Positions 63,709 through 64,000 of a DNA stretch of 64,000 bases are shown here, in pieces; within the stretch, counting starts at the first letter, position 1; every line of letters starts with the position of its first letter. The DNA is from Squalus acanthias (taxonomy: Eukaryota). The position numbers were made by a program, and so were the translations under genes. Where the stretch lies: contig CM059438.1 of assembly GCA_030390025.1 (NCBI GenBank), positions 53,136,001 through 53,200,000 on the forward strand, given 5' to 3'. The notes under the pieces are model-generated. The model saw nothing but the letters and a program-made list of their open reading frames with translations. It was not told the origin of the DNA and did not search any database.

Positions 63709-64000
63709 CCTAGTACTGAACCCTGTGGAACCCCACTGGAAACAGCCTTCCAGTCACAAAAACACCTGTCGACCATTACCCTTTGCTTCCTGCCACTGAG
63801 CCAATTTTGGATCCAACTTGCCACTTTCCCCTGGATCCCATGGGCTTTTACTTTTCTAACCAGTCTGCCTTGCAGGACCTTGTCAAAAGCCTTGCTAAAA
63901 TCCATGTAGACTAGATCAAACTCACTACCCTCATCAAGCCTCTTGTTACCTCCTCAAAAAATTCAATCAAGTTAGTCAGAGACAACCTTCCGTTAAGAAA

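Larger units (their letters stand above)
61189..64000 (-). mobile_element. CR1 LINE (61189-62187 and 63709-64000) split by a hAT element
   Basis: GVPQGSVLG and LGPLLFV rejoin across the insertion. Confidence 0.9.

Overview
Vertebrate, repeat-saturated non-coding DNA. HE1-type V-SINE, Deu-domain SINE and HER1-type CR1 LINEs point to a cartilaginous fish (inference). No host protein-coding gene could be supported. The window is a stack of nested mobile elements: a full-length decayed Ty3/Gypsy provirus (7653-16510) whose integrase is split by a complete PIF/Harbinger transposon (spliced Myb/SANT gene plus a 409-aa DDE transposase ORF); further Harbinger Myb genes and about 8 Harbinger-type MITEs; three hAT-type elements with 8-bp TSDs; a Penelope-like element with a hammerhead ribozyme; many CR1 pieces; and several minisatellites. 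Three observations stand out. (1) An APE-RT LINE copy begins directly with a tRNA-derived A/B-box head, has no ORF1, and has no TTTT on its sense strand in any of four fragments (apart from the extreme 3' tail), which suggests a Pol III-transcribed autonomous LINE. (2) A 4-kb hAT element with a perfect 8-bp TSD carries a cluster of five decayed tRNA genes as cargo. (3) A 4.5-kb minisatellite built from the branch-point region fills intron 1 of a Harbinger Myb gene, at the same position that is tandemly amplified in a second Harbinger family. All coordinates were read by eye and boundaries may be off by a few bases.
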